A stretch of 64,000 nt of DNA from IMG/VR virus record IMGVR_UViG_3300045684_000050, positions 52,795 to 116,794 of that record, one strand, 5' to 3'. The notes beneath the pieces were generated by a model, which saw nothing but the letters and a program-made list of their open reading frames with translations, was not told where the DNA came from and did not search any database. This document shows, one piece after another, positions 39,430-50,290 of this stretch. Position numbers and translations under genes: made by a program. Numbering within the stretch: the first letter of the stretch is position 1; every line of letters starts with the position of its first letter. The stretch is from a virus.

Positions 39430-40998
39430 TTAGTACTGATCAGGATAGAAAATTCCAATATTATCAAAGTTAGGAATAAAAATACCCTTCATTTGCTCAT
39501 TGATAACCTTATAGGTATTACCTATATCTCCTCCTGAATTATATCGACCAGCTCCTACTTTACCAATCGGACCATTAGGAGTCCAGGAACCTACCAAGTA
39601 AGTCCTTTGTTCCATCATCTGATTAGTATAAAAGTAAACTGAGCTATTTCTTTCTGTTCCATCCATATTGTTGATGTTACCATACATCACCATAATCCAC
39701 CAAGCAGATGTTGGGAATCCTCTAAGCTGTTTATTTCCAGAGAGAATACCTGAATTCAACATAGAACTTATATGAAACTTAACTTTACCTACCGGATCCA
39801 GGTATATAGACCTATACTGTTTTTTGTTTATAGCTACACCTTTCCTCCTTGAATCAAATCCATCTTCATCACTATATTCATAGTGAGCTTCTACAACACC
39901 GCTTTGATCCAGCCTTCGCAGTTCTGGAGCTATAAGATGTCGAAATCCAGGAGTACCTGTAATCACATCAATAGTAGTATTTTTATTTGCTTCGAATCCG
40001 GACACATCTAGCTTCCTTGTAATCATATCAAGGATCCATTCAAGATTAAAATCATTTACAGAATAATGCTCACCACCACTTCCTCTAAAGAAATCCATAA
40101 GTGTAGGTCCCATTTGATAAGGATTGTGAGTCATTTGAGACATATGGCTGTTATGTCCTCTGGCAGGGGCAGAACCGGCAACAATATAGTTATCCATTTG
40201 CCTGTCAGCCTCAAAATTAAAATTCATCTCAATGTCAGACCAAGCAATTTGATTAGGCATTCCAGGAGGACAGGCACCTTCTGCAGAACTAACAAAGTAG
40301 TTACCTGCTTGCCATGCTTTATCAGAAACATTCATTTCCCAACCCATTCTTGTCATATCGAATTTGTAGACAGCAAATGCTTTACCGGCTGACATTTCAA
40401 TAGTACCTCTGCTGTAAGCTGCTTCTTCAAGAGGAGCACCATTAGGGATCAGCTCTGCCGCATCAAGATATGATACTGGAATAAAATCATCAACTGTTCC
40501 ATTGAACAGCTTCCATGAATATTTATATCCATCTACTCCATCAGGCATAGCTTCTGAAGTAGGCATAATTATGATCTCAGGATAATCCCTAAGAGCATAT
40601 ATGTTTTTTCTGGAAAGATTTCCAGAGTCTACTGTCATTTCCCACTCTGATCTATTGATACCAACTTCTTCAACAACATCATCAACATGTACTTTAATTA
40701 CTTCTAAAAAGAATTCCTGTTCCGGAAGTTCAATTTCAAATTCAATGAAATCTTTTGTCGTGGTATCATTCACCATTCTTTTCTTAAAGACTTCCATTAT
40801 ATCAGCACCTTCACCTATAAAGAAATTTTTTCTTCTTCCTAGTTGATTGGCAACAATTTTTAACCGTTCAGAATCTATCAAATTAGGATAAATTTCGTAC
40901 AAGGCTTTAGCATCAATTAAAGACCCGATTCCATGTTTCCCAACATTTATTTCTTTAGTCTTATACGACGCCAGTGAATTATTAGATCGTAAATTCAT
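39430..40998 (-). CDS. Major capsid protein
   Basis: 522 aa following terL-portal-scaffold in the Crassvirales order; TG..G motif typical of crAss MCPs. Confidence 0.75.
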   Translation of the reverse strand: MNLRSNNSLASYKTKEINVGKHGIGSLIDAKALYEIYPNLIDSERLKIVANQLGRRKNFFIGEGADIMEVFKKRMVNDTTTKDFIEFEIELPEQEFFLEVIKVHVDDVVEEVGINRSEWEMTVDSGNLSRKNIYALRDYPEIIIMPTSEAMPDGVDGYKYSWKLFNGTVDDFIPVSYLDAAELIPNGAPLEEAAYSRGTIEMSAGKAFAVYKFDMTRMGWEMNVSDKAWQAGNYFVSSAEGACPPGMPNQIAWSDIEMNFNFEADRQMDNYIVAGSAPARGHNSHMSQMTHNPYQMGPTLMDFFRGSGGEHYSVNDFNLEWILDMITRKLDVSGFEANKNTTIDVITGTPGFRHLIAPELRRLDQSGVVEAHYEYSDEDGFDSRRKGVAINKKQYRSIYLDPVGKVKFHISSMLNSGILSGNKQLRGFPTSAWWIMVMYGNINNMDGTERNSSVYFYTNQMMEQRTYLVGSWTPNGPIGKVGAGRYNSGGDIGNTYKVINEQMKGIFIPNFDNIGIFYPDQY

Positions 40999-41028
40999 TT
41001 TTATGTTTTTAAATTAAAAGCTTTTTAT

Positions 41029-42225
41029 TTAAAATTCTATCTTAAATTCTGCATCAGGCTTTTCACCAACTTTATTTTCTACAGTTGTAGCTTCAAAATT
41101 GGATAAAGGTTTTAAATCTTTATTCAGTTTATTAATGAACGATCCTCTTCTTTTATTTAATTGCCTTTCTGTCTCTGTCTCTTTTTTGATAATATCTTCA
41201 CCAAAATAAAAACTCATAGCTTGTTTAAGCTCATCTTCTACACTCCTTTCCATCAGTTTCTTTTGATATTTAGAAACTTTTTGAGTACGTCCATCCGGAA
41301 ATGTTACTGTCTCTGTCTTCTTAGTCATAGCTTCTCTAAACTCCAGGACTTTATCATATGGATATTTATTTCCTCCGACAATACCAGTTCTCAATAAGCT
41401 TTCAACTTGACTTCTACGTTCTTGGTTAAACTTAATTGCCTTTTTTTTGCGTTCTTCGATTGTTGTTTCAACATTCGTAACAACACCTGTAGCATATAGA
41501 TCAACCCACTCTTTTCTCTCTTTAATTAGATCCTCGACGTCTTCAGACTTTAAATCATTTTCAATGGCTCTTTTAGCATCTCTATCAGGCATTTTATTTA
41601 ACTTATAATACACCTGGAATAAATCTGTAGTGTCTTGAGTCGTTTCTTTTGTGAATTCAAAATCAGTAAATCTTTTTAATGCCAGAGCTTCAGTATATGA
41701 CTTCCTGTCTATTCCATATTCTATTCCGGTAGCCAGATAGGCATTTTGCTCTGTAAGTCCAAGATCTGCAATAACTTCTTCTTTCAATTGATTCCTCAAG
41801 TCACCATCTTCAGACAATCGCTTGTCAATAATCTTTTGCTCAAGTGATTGGTAAAAAGTATTAAGATCAGTAATTTCCTCCTTTTCAAATTTATGACCTG
41901 AAATTATCGATAAATCTTCTGCAATAGCAGAAAGAACAACTTCCTCAGTAAAACCTTCATCAGGTGTTTTAACATCTGTTTCTTGATTTTCTTCAATAGA
42001 AGCATCAACTTGTTGAGAATCAACCTGATCTTCAGTAGTTTTTACTTTAGGATCTGGTGGCGTCTCAATTTCTTGATTATCAGTAGTTTCGGGTAGTTTA
42101 TTTTCCTGTGTCGATTCTTTAATACGTCCAGGTTCAACACTAGGTATGGAGGTTTTTTCTTCACTAACAGGAATTGTTAAATCGAATAATTCTCCTGGAC
42201 TGCCAAATTTACTTGTAGCAAACAT
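41029..42225 (-). CDS. Scaffold-like acidic protein
   Basis: E/D-rich, low complexity, between portal and MCP. Confidence 0.65.
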   Translation of the reverse strand: MFATSKFGSPGELFDLTIPVSEEKTSIPSVEPGRIKESTQENKLPETTDNQEIETPPDPKVKTTEDQVDSQQVDASIEENQETDVKTPDEGFTEEVVLSAIAEDLSIISGHKFEKEEITDLNTFYQSLEQKIIDKRLSEDGDLRNQLKEEVIADLGLTEQNAYLATGIEYGIDRKSYTEALALKRFTDFEFTKETTQDTTDLFQVYYKLNKMPDRDAKRAIENDLKSEDVEDLIKERKEWVDLYATGVVTNVETTIEERKKKAIKFNQERRSQVESLLRTGIVGGNKYPYDKVLEFREAMTKKTETVTFPDGRTQKVSKYQKKLMERSVEDELKQAMSFYFGEDIIKKETETERQLNKRRGSFINKLNKDLKPLSNFEATTVENKVGEKPDAEFKIEF

Positions 42226-42246
42226 AAAGCTTTTTTTTAATTATTG

Positions 42247-42254
42247 CAAAATTA
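42247..42254 (-). promoter_or_regulatory. Candidate Bacteroidota -7 element (TAATTTTG) upstream of scaffold/MCP
   Basis: Matches TAnnTTTG, followed by CAATAAT; no -33 TTTG seen. Confidence 0.45.
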
Positions 42255-42273
42255 GTTTCATTTTTTGATTCTA

Positions 42274-44790
42274 TTATCCCTTTGATTTTTGCTCTTTGAT
42301 GTCTAATTCTCTTTCTTTTAACTTCATTTCATCCTCGTGAATTTTCTCTTTTAGCTTCCTATCATCGGCATGTCTTTCTATATGATCAGCTACTCCATCT
42401 TCATTAATATCATTTGCATTTGCTAATGTCAAGCTATGAAGGAGTGCACTTTCTTTTCTGACTTCAACTTCTTTATCTTTTCTATCGTTTTGTCCTTTTT
42501 CTTTTATAAGAATTTCTTCGCGTCTTGATTGCTCTGCAGCCTGTTGTAATGCCTCAGCCCTGGCCAATTGTTGCTCCTGTCGCTTTTGGACCTGCATCTC
42601 AGATCTTTTTGCAACAGTTATAGCTTCATCCATGGTCTCTGCATTTATAGACTCAGCTAAATCAACAAGGTTCCCATTTGTGGCCGCATAATTTAATAAA
42701 TACTGTTTGTATAAAGATAGATTTTGCGTATCCTTAAATCCATCCTTACATTCATAATATATTGGAGATCCTATTATTTCATCAAAATTTAATTCATAAT
42801 GAGCTAGTTCATCATCAGAAAGATACGATTCTTTTACTTCATAATTATCTTGATAAGCAAAAAATGCAGATTTCATTAAGCCATTATATAAATCCTCTCT
42901 AAGTTGAGATCTCATACTTATAATCCGGTACTGTTGCCTTTCTACATTATTTATCTGGTTATTAAGATTTGCAGTATTAGTGTATTGGCCAGGACTATCA
43001 ACTTTTGCTTTATTAGTACCCATGCTTCCTTGCATCTTAGATTCTATATATTCAAGAACCTGTATCATCTCCATTTTACTACGTCTATCTCCTAGCTCTA
43101 ATGCTCTGACTCCACCATCACTTCCAGGATCTTTACCTAATGATGATTTTCTTCCAATAAGAACTTTAAACTTATGAAGTGTAGATAGTGTCTCAAATGG
43201 ATTTACCTTATCACTACTTATAGCATCTTCTCTTGCATACAATACCGTTCCTAAGTCATTAGCTATTCTGTCATAAAATGTATCAGCAAGATGATTATAT
43301 CTCAACTGAAATGGTTTTCCTTTTTCTAATGAAGATAAATTTTTAATATGACCCTGAAAGCTATTATACTCACATCCATATATTGACAATTTTGGTTTGC
43401 TTAAATCATGTGGATCTTTATATTGATACTCTTCTGGTCCAATATCAAAATATATGTCATGTACATTAGAGCACTTATATGTCTGAGGGATAGCTACAGA
43501 TTGTTCTTTTAAATCTCCATTAGACTTATCTAGTCTATAATGTTCACCTCTAATTACCTGAATTACTTTATCATTATGTACTCTTGTAATTTTCTTTGCT
43601 TTTGCCAACCATCTCCATGATCCAAATTTCATTTCGAATCCTAATTGTCTATTAAAATATGCATCGTTAAGCTTATCTAATACATTTTCTGCCCAATAAT
43701 GTCCTTGCCTACCATCTAACTGATAAGGAACAAATTCTTCAGTATCAGTAATCTGCCCGGTTCCTGGACGAACAGGTATTTTTATCATAAAATTTCTGTT
43801 AACAGCAGTATTAGTATGCCTATAGCTTACATCGCGACCAGTATTGTATTGATAGTCAGGAATAGGCGATAGCATAGCTTCAAGCTCTTTCCAATCTTTA
43901 TTTTTAAAGATATGATAATAATCAGTAATGATTTCTATTGGAGACAAATAGGTTGTTATACTTGCATGCAATCCATCTTGTATATAATCAGATAATGTTT
44001 TTAACTGATAATTACATGTCAATGGACTTACATTATCAATATAAATATTATTTAATCCATATCTTATTCGATATATTTCTTTTCCTGTAGCCTCACAATA
44101 ATGAGCTCCACTCTCCCATTTATATTTAAACTTATTCCTTTTAAGAACAATGTCCAGAAGTTTATTGAATAACTTTTCAGATAATGTTTCTGTCTTTTCT
44201 AGCATGGTCTTTACATCAGGATCTATATTTTGTTCTACCATATTATTGATAGTGCTTTGTCGATCTTGTAAAGCTTCTTCGTTAAGTTTTGTAGGATCTG
44301 TCGTCTTTGATTGAACGTCTACTTGTTGGGTAATTTGTTGAATTAAAGGCTGGATATATTGTTCTCTAAGAAAATCGATAACAACTTGCCGTTGTTTTGT
44401 CTTTTTATAAATTACTGCATGTTTGCTATAATCTATAATTGATCCTAAATTAGGTTGATTTATATAATCCGTAACTCTTCCTTGTGTTATTGTGTCGAGT
44501 AAAGGATAATGATTTATATGATCTCTACCGAAAGATACATTTCCTTCTTCCAGTTGAATTTCCATATTTAGACCTTGTGTTGGCACCTTCGGCCAGCGTC
44601 CAAAGTGTATATTGATATTTTCCAACATACGAGCAACATCTACTGACGACACAGTAGTTCCAGTAATTAAATCCATTGCAGCCCTAGCAATCTCATATCC
44701 TTTCCGCTTCTTTTCATTGTCAGAATATACCAACTTATCTAGTGCAATTGTAGATTTGTTATCTCTATAGTATTCAGTTCTCTTAGCCAT
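42274..44790 (-). CDS. Portal protein
   Basis: 838 aa directly after terL; crAss-like N-terminus and Gln-rich coiled-coil end. Confidence 0.8.
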   Translation of the reverse strand: MAKRTEYYRDNKSTIALDKLVYSDNEKKRKGYEIARAAMDLITGTTVSSVDVARMLENINIHFGRWPKVPTQGLNMEIQLEEGNVSFGRDHINHYPLLDTITQGRVTDYINQPNLGSIIDYSKHAVIYKKTKQRQVVIDFLREQYIQPLIQQITQQVDVQSKTTDPTKLNEEALQDRQSTINNMVEQNIDPDVKTMLEKTETLSEKLFNKLLDIVLKRNKFKYKWESGAHYCEATGKEIYRIRYGLNNIYIDNVSPLTCNYQLKTLSDYIQDGLHASITTYLSPIEIITDYYHIFKNKDWKELEAMLSPIPDYQYNTGRDVSYRHTNTAVNRNFMIKIPVRPGTGQITDTEEFVPYQLDGRQGHYWAENVLDKLNDAYFNRQLGFEMKFGSWRWLAKAKKITRVHNDKVIQVIRGEHYRLDKSNGDLKEQSVAIPQTYKCSNVHDIYFDIGPEEYQYKDPHDLSKPKLSIYGCEYNSFQGHIKNLSSLEKGKPFQLRYNHLADTFYDRIANDLGTVLYAREDAISSDKVNPFETLSTLHKFKVLIGRKSSLGKDPGSDGGVRALELGDRRSKMEMIQVLEYIESKMQGSMGTNKAKVDSPGQYTNTANLNNQINNVERQQYRIISMRSQLREDLYNGLMKSAFFAYQDNYEVKESYLSDDELAHYELNFDEIIGSPIYYECKDGFKDTQNLSLYKQYLLNYAATNGNLVDLAESINAETMDEAITVAKRSEMQVQKRQEQQLARAEALQQAAEQSRREEILIKEKGQNDRKDKEVEVRKESALLHSLTLANANDINEDGVADHIERHADDRKLKEKIHEDEMKLKERELDIKEQKSKG

Positions 44791-44796
44791 TTTTTA

Positions 44797-47127
44797 TTAA
44801 TAATTAAATGCTCTATTTGTTTGAACTTTAGCTGACGCTAATGCTGCGATCAAGCTTTTACCTGCCGAGTTCCCTTGTGTTGGTTTTTGATTCCACCCTC
44901 CTTCTAATGTCCACTGTTTCAACTGTAAAGATATACCAAAAAAAGCAGACATGGGATCAAAGTTTCCATCTTTACTATAAAATATAATAGTATCAAGTAA
45001 TAATTCATCTCTTATTTCATCTACCATCAGTACGTCAGTAATACCTTCTTCACTTACAATTTGATCCACTAATGTATTTAAATATTCTGATGCCAATACT
45101 TCAAGTCCAGACTTTGTTCCTGGAGTAGTATACCAGCCTACATCATGCTTTGCAGTCACATTAGCTATTGTTCGATACGCTTGTAATGGGCATGGCATCA
45201 ATAAGTGTTCTAAATTCCATAATTCAGCATTAGAAATAACACTAGGAATATTAGTTTCCGGAAGCATATTACATTCATAAAACATAACAAGCTTCAACGC
45301 TTCTTTATCATTCATTTCTCTTTTAGTCATCCTGCATAATACCCTAGCTACTATATTCATCTTCATAGTCTTAGGAGGACCATATACTTTAAAAATATAA
45401 GCTATCGCCCAGGAATTACCTTCATCATATCTTACATTATCATATGTGCCAAAATATAACGATTTACCATCAAGAATAGGTGGTTCATAGATAGTAACTA
45501 TAGGCTTCTTTTTTATATCATCAGATGCTGATTCTAATTCTTCCAATGTTTTTATTATAGGCAAATCATTATCTTCACTAAAGAATACTTTCATTCTATT
45601 GCTATCTCCATCCCAATGTAATGTTCCTACTTTAATATTTTTTTCTTCATCTGGAATAGACTGTAATATAGATAATCTTTGTGATGCTCTTTCTACAGGC
45701 AAGTTTCCTGAAGAAGACTGCATAAATATATCCGCATGAGTCATAGGAAATGATGCTACATGCTTTATAGCTACAGATCCACCTTTATCTATTTCTTTCT
45801 TTCTTACCATCAGTTCATCCTGAAAGGCAGCTATATGGTCTAGGTTACCATTTTCATCTCTATGCCAATTCTGACGATATTGAGCAGGAACAAAACAGGC
45901 TATTGATCTACCTGTCATGTTATAGATATCAGGATATTCCACAAGATTCATAGATCTTGGATTATAAAAAGGCTTTCTTACATTTTTAACCTTTTTTAAC
46001 TGCCCACCGGTTCCTCCATATATACTTCTACCAAACTTAGTCTCTCTTATTTGAGCAGGACTATTTTCTTTATGCACACCTTCTACATTTTCCCACAGTC
46101 CTACCTCTTCATTCCAATAATAGTTTCCTGCATAACCTACTCCAGATGATATATTCTTACCGTAACTAACTCTACCCATTACTGATCCGGCACCTACACT
46201 ATGTTTTCCTCCTTCAGCTTTCACCCTGTTAGATATACCTTTATTTAAATCCTCAGATCCAGACTTAGGAAACCAAAAAACTCCATTATAAGATCTTAAA
46301 TCATCTCGATAGGCACCTAGCTCTTTAAGCATATCATAAGACCGGCCTAGTTTTCTGAAGTTTTCTTTTGTTGGTTTATCTTCCCATGCTCCGAATACAG
46401 AAATGAAGTTGGTATTCTTTTTATAATAATCTTGAAGATTAGTGGCATCATTAAAAACAAATCCTCTTTTTGCTAATGATATACCATGATATGATTTTCC
46501 TAAACGCCTAGTAGTAAGATAAAGGAAGTCTTTTTTCTCATTAAGATGCATGGCCTTGCCCATTGGCTTATCAAATGTTTTATACAGGTATTCTTTTGGT
46601 CCAATATATTTTTTCCACTTATTGTCTGGCGTTTTCAAGAAATCTTCATATTGTTTCAATACTATCTTTTCTCTCTGAAGCAATGGCTCCTTAGTCTCTA
46701 ACTTTCTTACTAGGTCATGAGATGTAAATTTTTTATCATCTTCGAATCCTGAAAATCCATCACTTTCTTCAAAACCATAAAACATATACCAATCGATATC
46801 TCTTAGTGTTGGATGTGCTAATACTCCAGATCTTGATACTTCATTTGGGTCAACACTAAGCTGCTGCATTTCTATCCAAAAAGCATTGACATAGAAGAAT
46901 AGATCATTAGTCATAAATCTCCATCCACCTTCACCAGTTTTCCTATTTCTATCTTCACCCCACATTCCCTGCATGCATTTCATAGCAAATTCTTCCCAAT
47001 ATTCAAAATATCGGACTTCTTCTAGGAATGGATTAATAACTGGATGATCCCTTTGAATAAAAGGTTCAATGTTTTGGAGCCTGAATGGTATCAGGTCTAC
47101 CGGTTTTAATTTAGAAATAGGTATCAT
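44797..47127 (-). CDS. terL: Terminase large subunit
   Basis: TTRRLGKSY Walker-A-like motif, EEVG Walker-B-like motif, GGTGG, C-terminal nuclease with TYDN and GNFDPMSA. Confidence 0.85.
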   Translation of the reverse strand: MIPISKLKPVDLIPFRLQNIEPFIQRDHPVINPFLEEVRYFEYWEEFAMKCMQGMWGEDRNRKTGEGGWRFMTNDLFFYVNAFWIEMQQLSVDPNEVSRSGVLAHPTLRDIDWYMFYGFEESDGFSGFEDDKKFTSHDLVRKLETKEPLLQREKIVLKQYEDFLKTPDNKWKKYIGPKEYLYKTFDKPMGKAMHLNEKKDFLYLTTRRLGKSYHGISLAKRGFVFNDATNLQDYYKKNTNFISVFGAWEDKPTKENFRKLGRSYDMLKELGAYRDDLRSYNGVFWFPKSGSEDLNKGISNRVKAEGGKHSVGAGSVMGRVSYGKNISSGVGYAGNYYWNEEVGLWENVEGVHKENSPAQIRETKFGRSIYGGTGGQLKKVKNVRKPFYNPRSMNLVEYPDIYNMTGRSIACFVPAQYRQNWHRDENGNLDHIAAFQDELMVRKKEIDKGGSVAIKHVASFPMTHADIFMQSSSGNLPVERASQRLSILQSIPDEEKNIKVGTLHWDGDSNRMKVFFSEDNDLPIIKTLEELESASDDIKKKPIVTIYEPPILDGKSLYFGTYDNVRYDEGNSWAIAYIFKVYGPPKTMKMNIVARVLCRMTKREMNDKEALKLVMFYECNMLPETNIPSVISNAELWNLEHLLMPCPLQAYRTIANVTAKHDVGWYTTPGTKSGLEVLASEYLNTLVDQIVSEEGITDVLMVDEIRDELLLDTIIFYSKDGNFDPMSAFFGISLQLKQWTLEGGWNQKPTQGNSAGKSLIAALASAKVQTNRAFNY

Positions 47128-47651
47128 TCTATGATTCTAGCAGCCAATAATCCAGGTTGTTCTTTACCCTGTGTTCTTATTAATTTTATGTTATTAATAA
47201 CGTTAAAAGCTTTTGCTTTAAATTCATCTAGAGCTTGTTTCTCCTCAAGCTTGCTTTTAACATTTAGTTTTCCTTTTGAATCTGTATCTTGTAAACTTTG
47301 CTCAAATCGTTCTCTAAGCATAAGATAGTACAATACATCATCATTTATAAGAATTTTGTTTTTGTAGAACGCTGCCAGTTCATCATATTCCTCCCATGCA
47401 ATAGGGTGGAAGTTCTTTTGGATTACTCCCTTTTTTTCATAATAAGTCATTTTCTGGTCTATAAAAGAACGCAAGTCATATAACAAAAAGAAGCACCATA
47501 ATAACTTAGATGCTTCTTTTTGTCCTACTTCTCTAACCAGATTATTTACTTGAGGATACAACTTAACTTCAGGGTTCATTGTAATAAAGTCATCCTTCAT
47601 AGGATTTCCTTTTATGTCTAATGGATATTCCTCTACATTAGTTGATGCCAT
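47124..47651 (-). CDS. Hypothetical protein, possible small terminase subunit
   Basis: ATGA-coupled to terL; helical. Confidence 0.4.
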   Translation of the reverse strand: MASTNVEEYPLDIKGNPMKDDFITMNPEVKLYPQVNNLVREVGQKEASKLLWCFFLLYDLRSFIDQKMTYYEKKGVIQKNFHPIAWEEYDELAAFYKNKILINDDVLYYLMLRERFEQSLQDTDSKGKLNVKSKLEEKQALDEFKAKAFNVINNIKLIRTQGKEQPGLLAARIIE

Positions 47652-47659
47652 TTCTTACA

Positions 47660-48190
47660 TTAAGTTTTTTTACATAGTGAAACCCTATTTAGTATAGAGT
47701 TTTTTGTATAATTTAAAACTCTAACCGCTGCATCCCTAGAGTGATTAGAGCTAATAAAATCATCATTTACTAATTTATCAAAGTACAATTTTTTCATTTT
47801 AGTGCCTGACGGTGCCACTAATTGAAAAGGTATCTCATATTCGATAAGGAAATGTTCCCATGTCCTACATGATCCTTTTATGTCTCCTGCACCCTGTATA
47901 GCTTCTTCTTTAGCATAAGATAGCATTTTTCCTTTTCTCTTTCTAGCATCTTCTACTACACAAAATACTATATTGTTTCTGTTTAATTTTTCAATTGTTC
48001 TGAATGCTTTAGCAATTGTCACTGTTTTAACATGAACGAACTTATTGATATCACACGAAAATATAGCTAGACCTGTCTGCACTCCTGGATCTATACCTAT
48101 TGCGAAAGTCATACCTGAAAGATCCAATAAAGTATCTACGGGAATCTCCCGATGTTTCTTTAAGGCAATTTTTTCTAATAGGTCCTTCAT
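47660..48190 (-). CDS. RuvC-like Holliday junction resolvase
   Basis: IGIDPG, VVED and NHSRDAA acidic motifs. Confidence 0.8.
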   Translation of the reverse strand: MKDLLEKIALKKHREIPVDTLLDLSGMTFAIGIDPGVQTGLAIFSCDINKFVHVKTVTIAKAFRTIEKLNRNNIVFCVVEDARKRKGKMLSYAKEEAIQGAGDIKGSCRTWEHFLIEYEIPFQLVAPSGTKMKKLYFDKLVNDDFISSNHSRDAAVRVLNYTKNSILNRVSLCKKT

Positions 48191-48348
48191 GTGGGCATTC
48201 CTTTAAGCAAACTTTAATATTCTTCAATCTTGGGTCCAGATATCCGGGAAATGGATTAATTATAACAATATGAGGTTGAGACATATTACTGTTTTATTTT
48301 CCAAACACCTGCCCCAAGATCAAAGTTCAAATTGGTTTTTAGCCTGTT

Positions 48349-48528
48349 TTATCTTTTCATAATCCACATGCCAACAATAAATGGGATTGAAATTGGTGCA
48401 ATTATGGTTACAGCTACCATAGGAAACATACCAATTTCAAATTCCCAGTCATTGTCAGACATTAATTGGAATGATATTCCAAGAGCCACCAAATATGTTG
48501 CGGCACAATATGTGATCAGTCCAATCAC
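48349..48528 (-). CDS. 59-aa membrane protein (GTG start)
   Basis: Hand-translated; GTGA overlap with the upstream stop; two hydrophobic stretches. Confidence 0.45.
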   Translation of the reverse strand: MIGLITYCAATYLVALGISFQLMSDNDWEFEIGMFPMVAVTIIAPISIPFIVGMWIMKR

Positions 48529-48920
48529 TTGCCGTCTTTCGTAACATTTATAGTCATCCTAAGCAAGGTGTGAGCCTTAAAAGGATTTGGTACCAAAACG
48601 CCTCTTGCGTTTTTAATCTTCATTTCTTTACCATCATTGTAATAGACGGTAATATCTCTACTGAAAGTAATTTTTGGTTGTTCAGGAGTAAGTTGGCTAT
48701 TATCTGAATATAATACTCTTAGTTTTCCTGTAATAAATATAGGATCTGTAGTACACCAGCATCCGGCTTCTACTTTTTCTACAGTTTCTGCATCTTTACC
48801 TTCAAATAGATCAAAAAATACTGGAAGGTTTGTAGTTCCAGGCTTAATGTTTAATGTCACCTCTGTAGTCTTAAAGATATTGTGTTCATTAAGTTCAGGA
48901 TTTGCTGAGTTCTGATTCAT
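48525..48920 (-). CDS. DUF1573-like Ig-fold protein
   Basis: VEKVEAGCWCTT resembles the DUF1573 I..V..SCGCT signature. Confidence 0.5.
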   Translation of the reverse strand: MNQNSANPELNEHNIFKTTEVTLNIKPGTTNLPVFFDLFEGKDAETVEKVEAGCWCTTDPIFITGKLRVLYSDNSQLTPEQPKITFSRDITVYYNDGKEMKIKNARGVLVPNPFKAHTLLRMTINVTKDGK

Positions 48921-49353
48921 TTTTGTAAATAATTTTAATGGTTATAGGAGAGTTCTCCCTTAAAGTTTGATATTCTTTTTTATTAAAAATAATTGGCCCC
49001 CATCTATGTCGTGAGTCTTTTTCTGTAGGTGCCCAGGCTTTCGCTCTTGCATCACATCCACAAGTTTCACATTTTCCGGAATCTGAATTATAACACTCTT
49101 TTATACAATCTTCATCATAATGTCTTAGGATATACTGCTCTAGTATATGCAGTGGTACTATGAGCTTCAGGATATATCCTAGCAGAACACTCATCCATTT
49201 GAAAGGATTAAAGCATTGTGCGTAGGATATTCCGGTGAAAGAGCCTTTCTTTAATTTCCAGTTATAAAAAACTGTAATCAAAGAGATAATAATGTATGCT
49301 GATATTGCATAATATCCCAAACCAAATATATTAAGAGTCAAGTATAGTATCAT
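48895..49353 (-). CDS. Membrane-anchored Cys-cluster protein
   Basis: N-terminal TM; CxxxC...GKCETCGC...RWGP. Confidence 0.55.
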   Translation of the reverse strand: MILYLTLNIFGLGYYAISAYIIISLITVFYNWKLKKGSFTGISYAQCFNPFKWMSVLLGYILKLIVPLHILEQYILRHYDEDCIKECYNSDSGKCETCGCDARAKAWAPTEKDSRHRWGPIIFNKKEYQTLRENSPITIKIIYKNESELSKS

Positions 49354-49946
49354 AATAAAACTTTTGGATCTTCAAATATAGCACATATATCAGGTTCTCC
49401 GATTCTTATAGTAAAATAATCTTCAAAATCTGGTTCATTTTTCATAGGGTCTATTATAAAGATATTTGAGCTATAATAATAGAAGAATTTATGCAGGAAT
49501 TTTGTTGATTGCTTAGACACCATTTCTGATGATGCGTTATTAAGTTTTTTTGCAGCAAATACTTCAAATACCGGATCTTTTTGAGTGATACATTTAGTGT
49601 CATGAAGTCTAATAACATCTCCTTCTTTAATTTCTATATCTTTCCATTTAAAACCTTCACCTGCTTTAATCACTACAGCGAATGGAAGTACTCTTGTTTT
49701 ATCAGCTTTTACATTTACAGCGTCTGTACTAAGGAGTGTGGTTTTGGTCCCTGTCATGTAAAAGCATACTCTCACCAAGATGTTGTTCGATGATAAAGTT
49801 AATCCCTTCAATATCTGTATTTCTCGCTCTGATAGAGATGGGCCAGACTTTAAGAGGTCCTGGAGAGAAGTTTTTTGCGGACAGTATTTCTCCTCTTGTT
49901 TCGTTTCCTTGGCTATAGTATTTTTTGAAGACATTCTTTTTAGCAA
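49350..49946 (-). CDS. GroES-like co-chaperonin candidate
   Basis: NNILVRV...AVVIKAGEG...IKEGDVI resembles the GroES strands. Confidence 0.4.
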   Translation of the reverse strand: MLKRMSSKNTIAKETKQEEKYCPQKTSLQDLLKSGPSLSEREIQILKGLTLSSNNILVRVCFYMTGTKTTLLSTDAVNVKADKTRVLPFAVVIKAGEGFKWKDIEIKEGDVIRLHDTKCITQKDPVFEVFAAKKLNNASSEMVSKQSTKFLHKFFYYYSSNIFIIDPMKNEPDFEDYFTIRIGEPDICAIFEDPKVLL

Positions 49947-50286
49947 ATTTTAAATAGTTTGAATAATATATTCTATGAACGGAATCATGAAGTCCTATAA
50001 ATATTTTAAAAAACTCATTAGGGCTCCAATCTTTCTTGATTCTATATTTATTAAATTGTTTATATGCTTTCTGAAGGAGTCCTTGAGACGGTTCCATTTT
50101 AACAAATCCTGGAAATTCAAAGGTAGGAAAAAATCCAGTAGTTGATATTTTCATTCCTAATATCCAAAACTGTTCAAAAGCTATTCTTATATCTTCTACT
50201 GTTCCATCCTTAAAATCTGGATCATCTTTCACTTCTTGGAAAGTTTTATCAAATATATTTGTCCATGATTTACCAGGTATCCACAT
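49729..50286 (-). CDS. HU/IHF-like protein
   Basis: DIRIAFEQFW...FEFPGFVKMEP resembles the HU helix and beta-arm start; the long C-terminal overlap with the next gene is suspicious. Confidence 0.4.
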   Translation of the reverse strand: MWIPGKSWTNIFDKTFQEVKDDPDFKDGTVEDIRIAFEQFWILGMKISTTGFFPTFEFPGFVKMEPSQGLLQKAYKQFNKYRIKKDWSPNEFFKIFIGLHDSVHRIYYSNYLKFAKKNVFKKYYSQGNETRGEILSAKNFSPGPLKVWPISIRARNTDIEGINFIIEQHLGESMLLHDRDQNHTP

Positions 50287-50290
50287 AATA

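Noticed and set aside
4279-49918. Short opposite-strand or alternate-frame ORFs in the track (e.g. 4279, 9545, 22066, 22887, 27925, 30712, 38975, 40066)
   Set aside because: They are nested within long, well-supported genes and mirror their repeats; shadow ORFs
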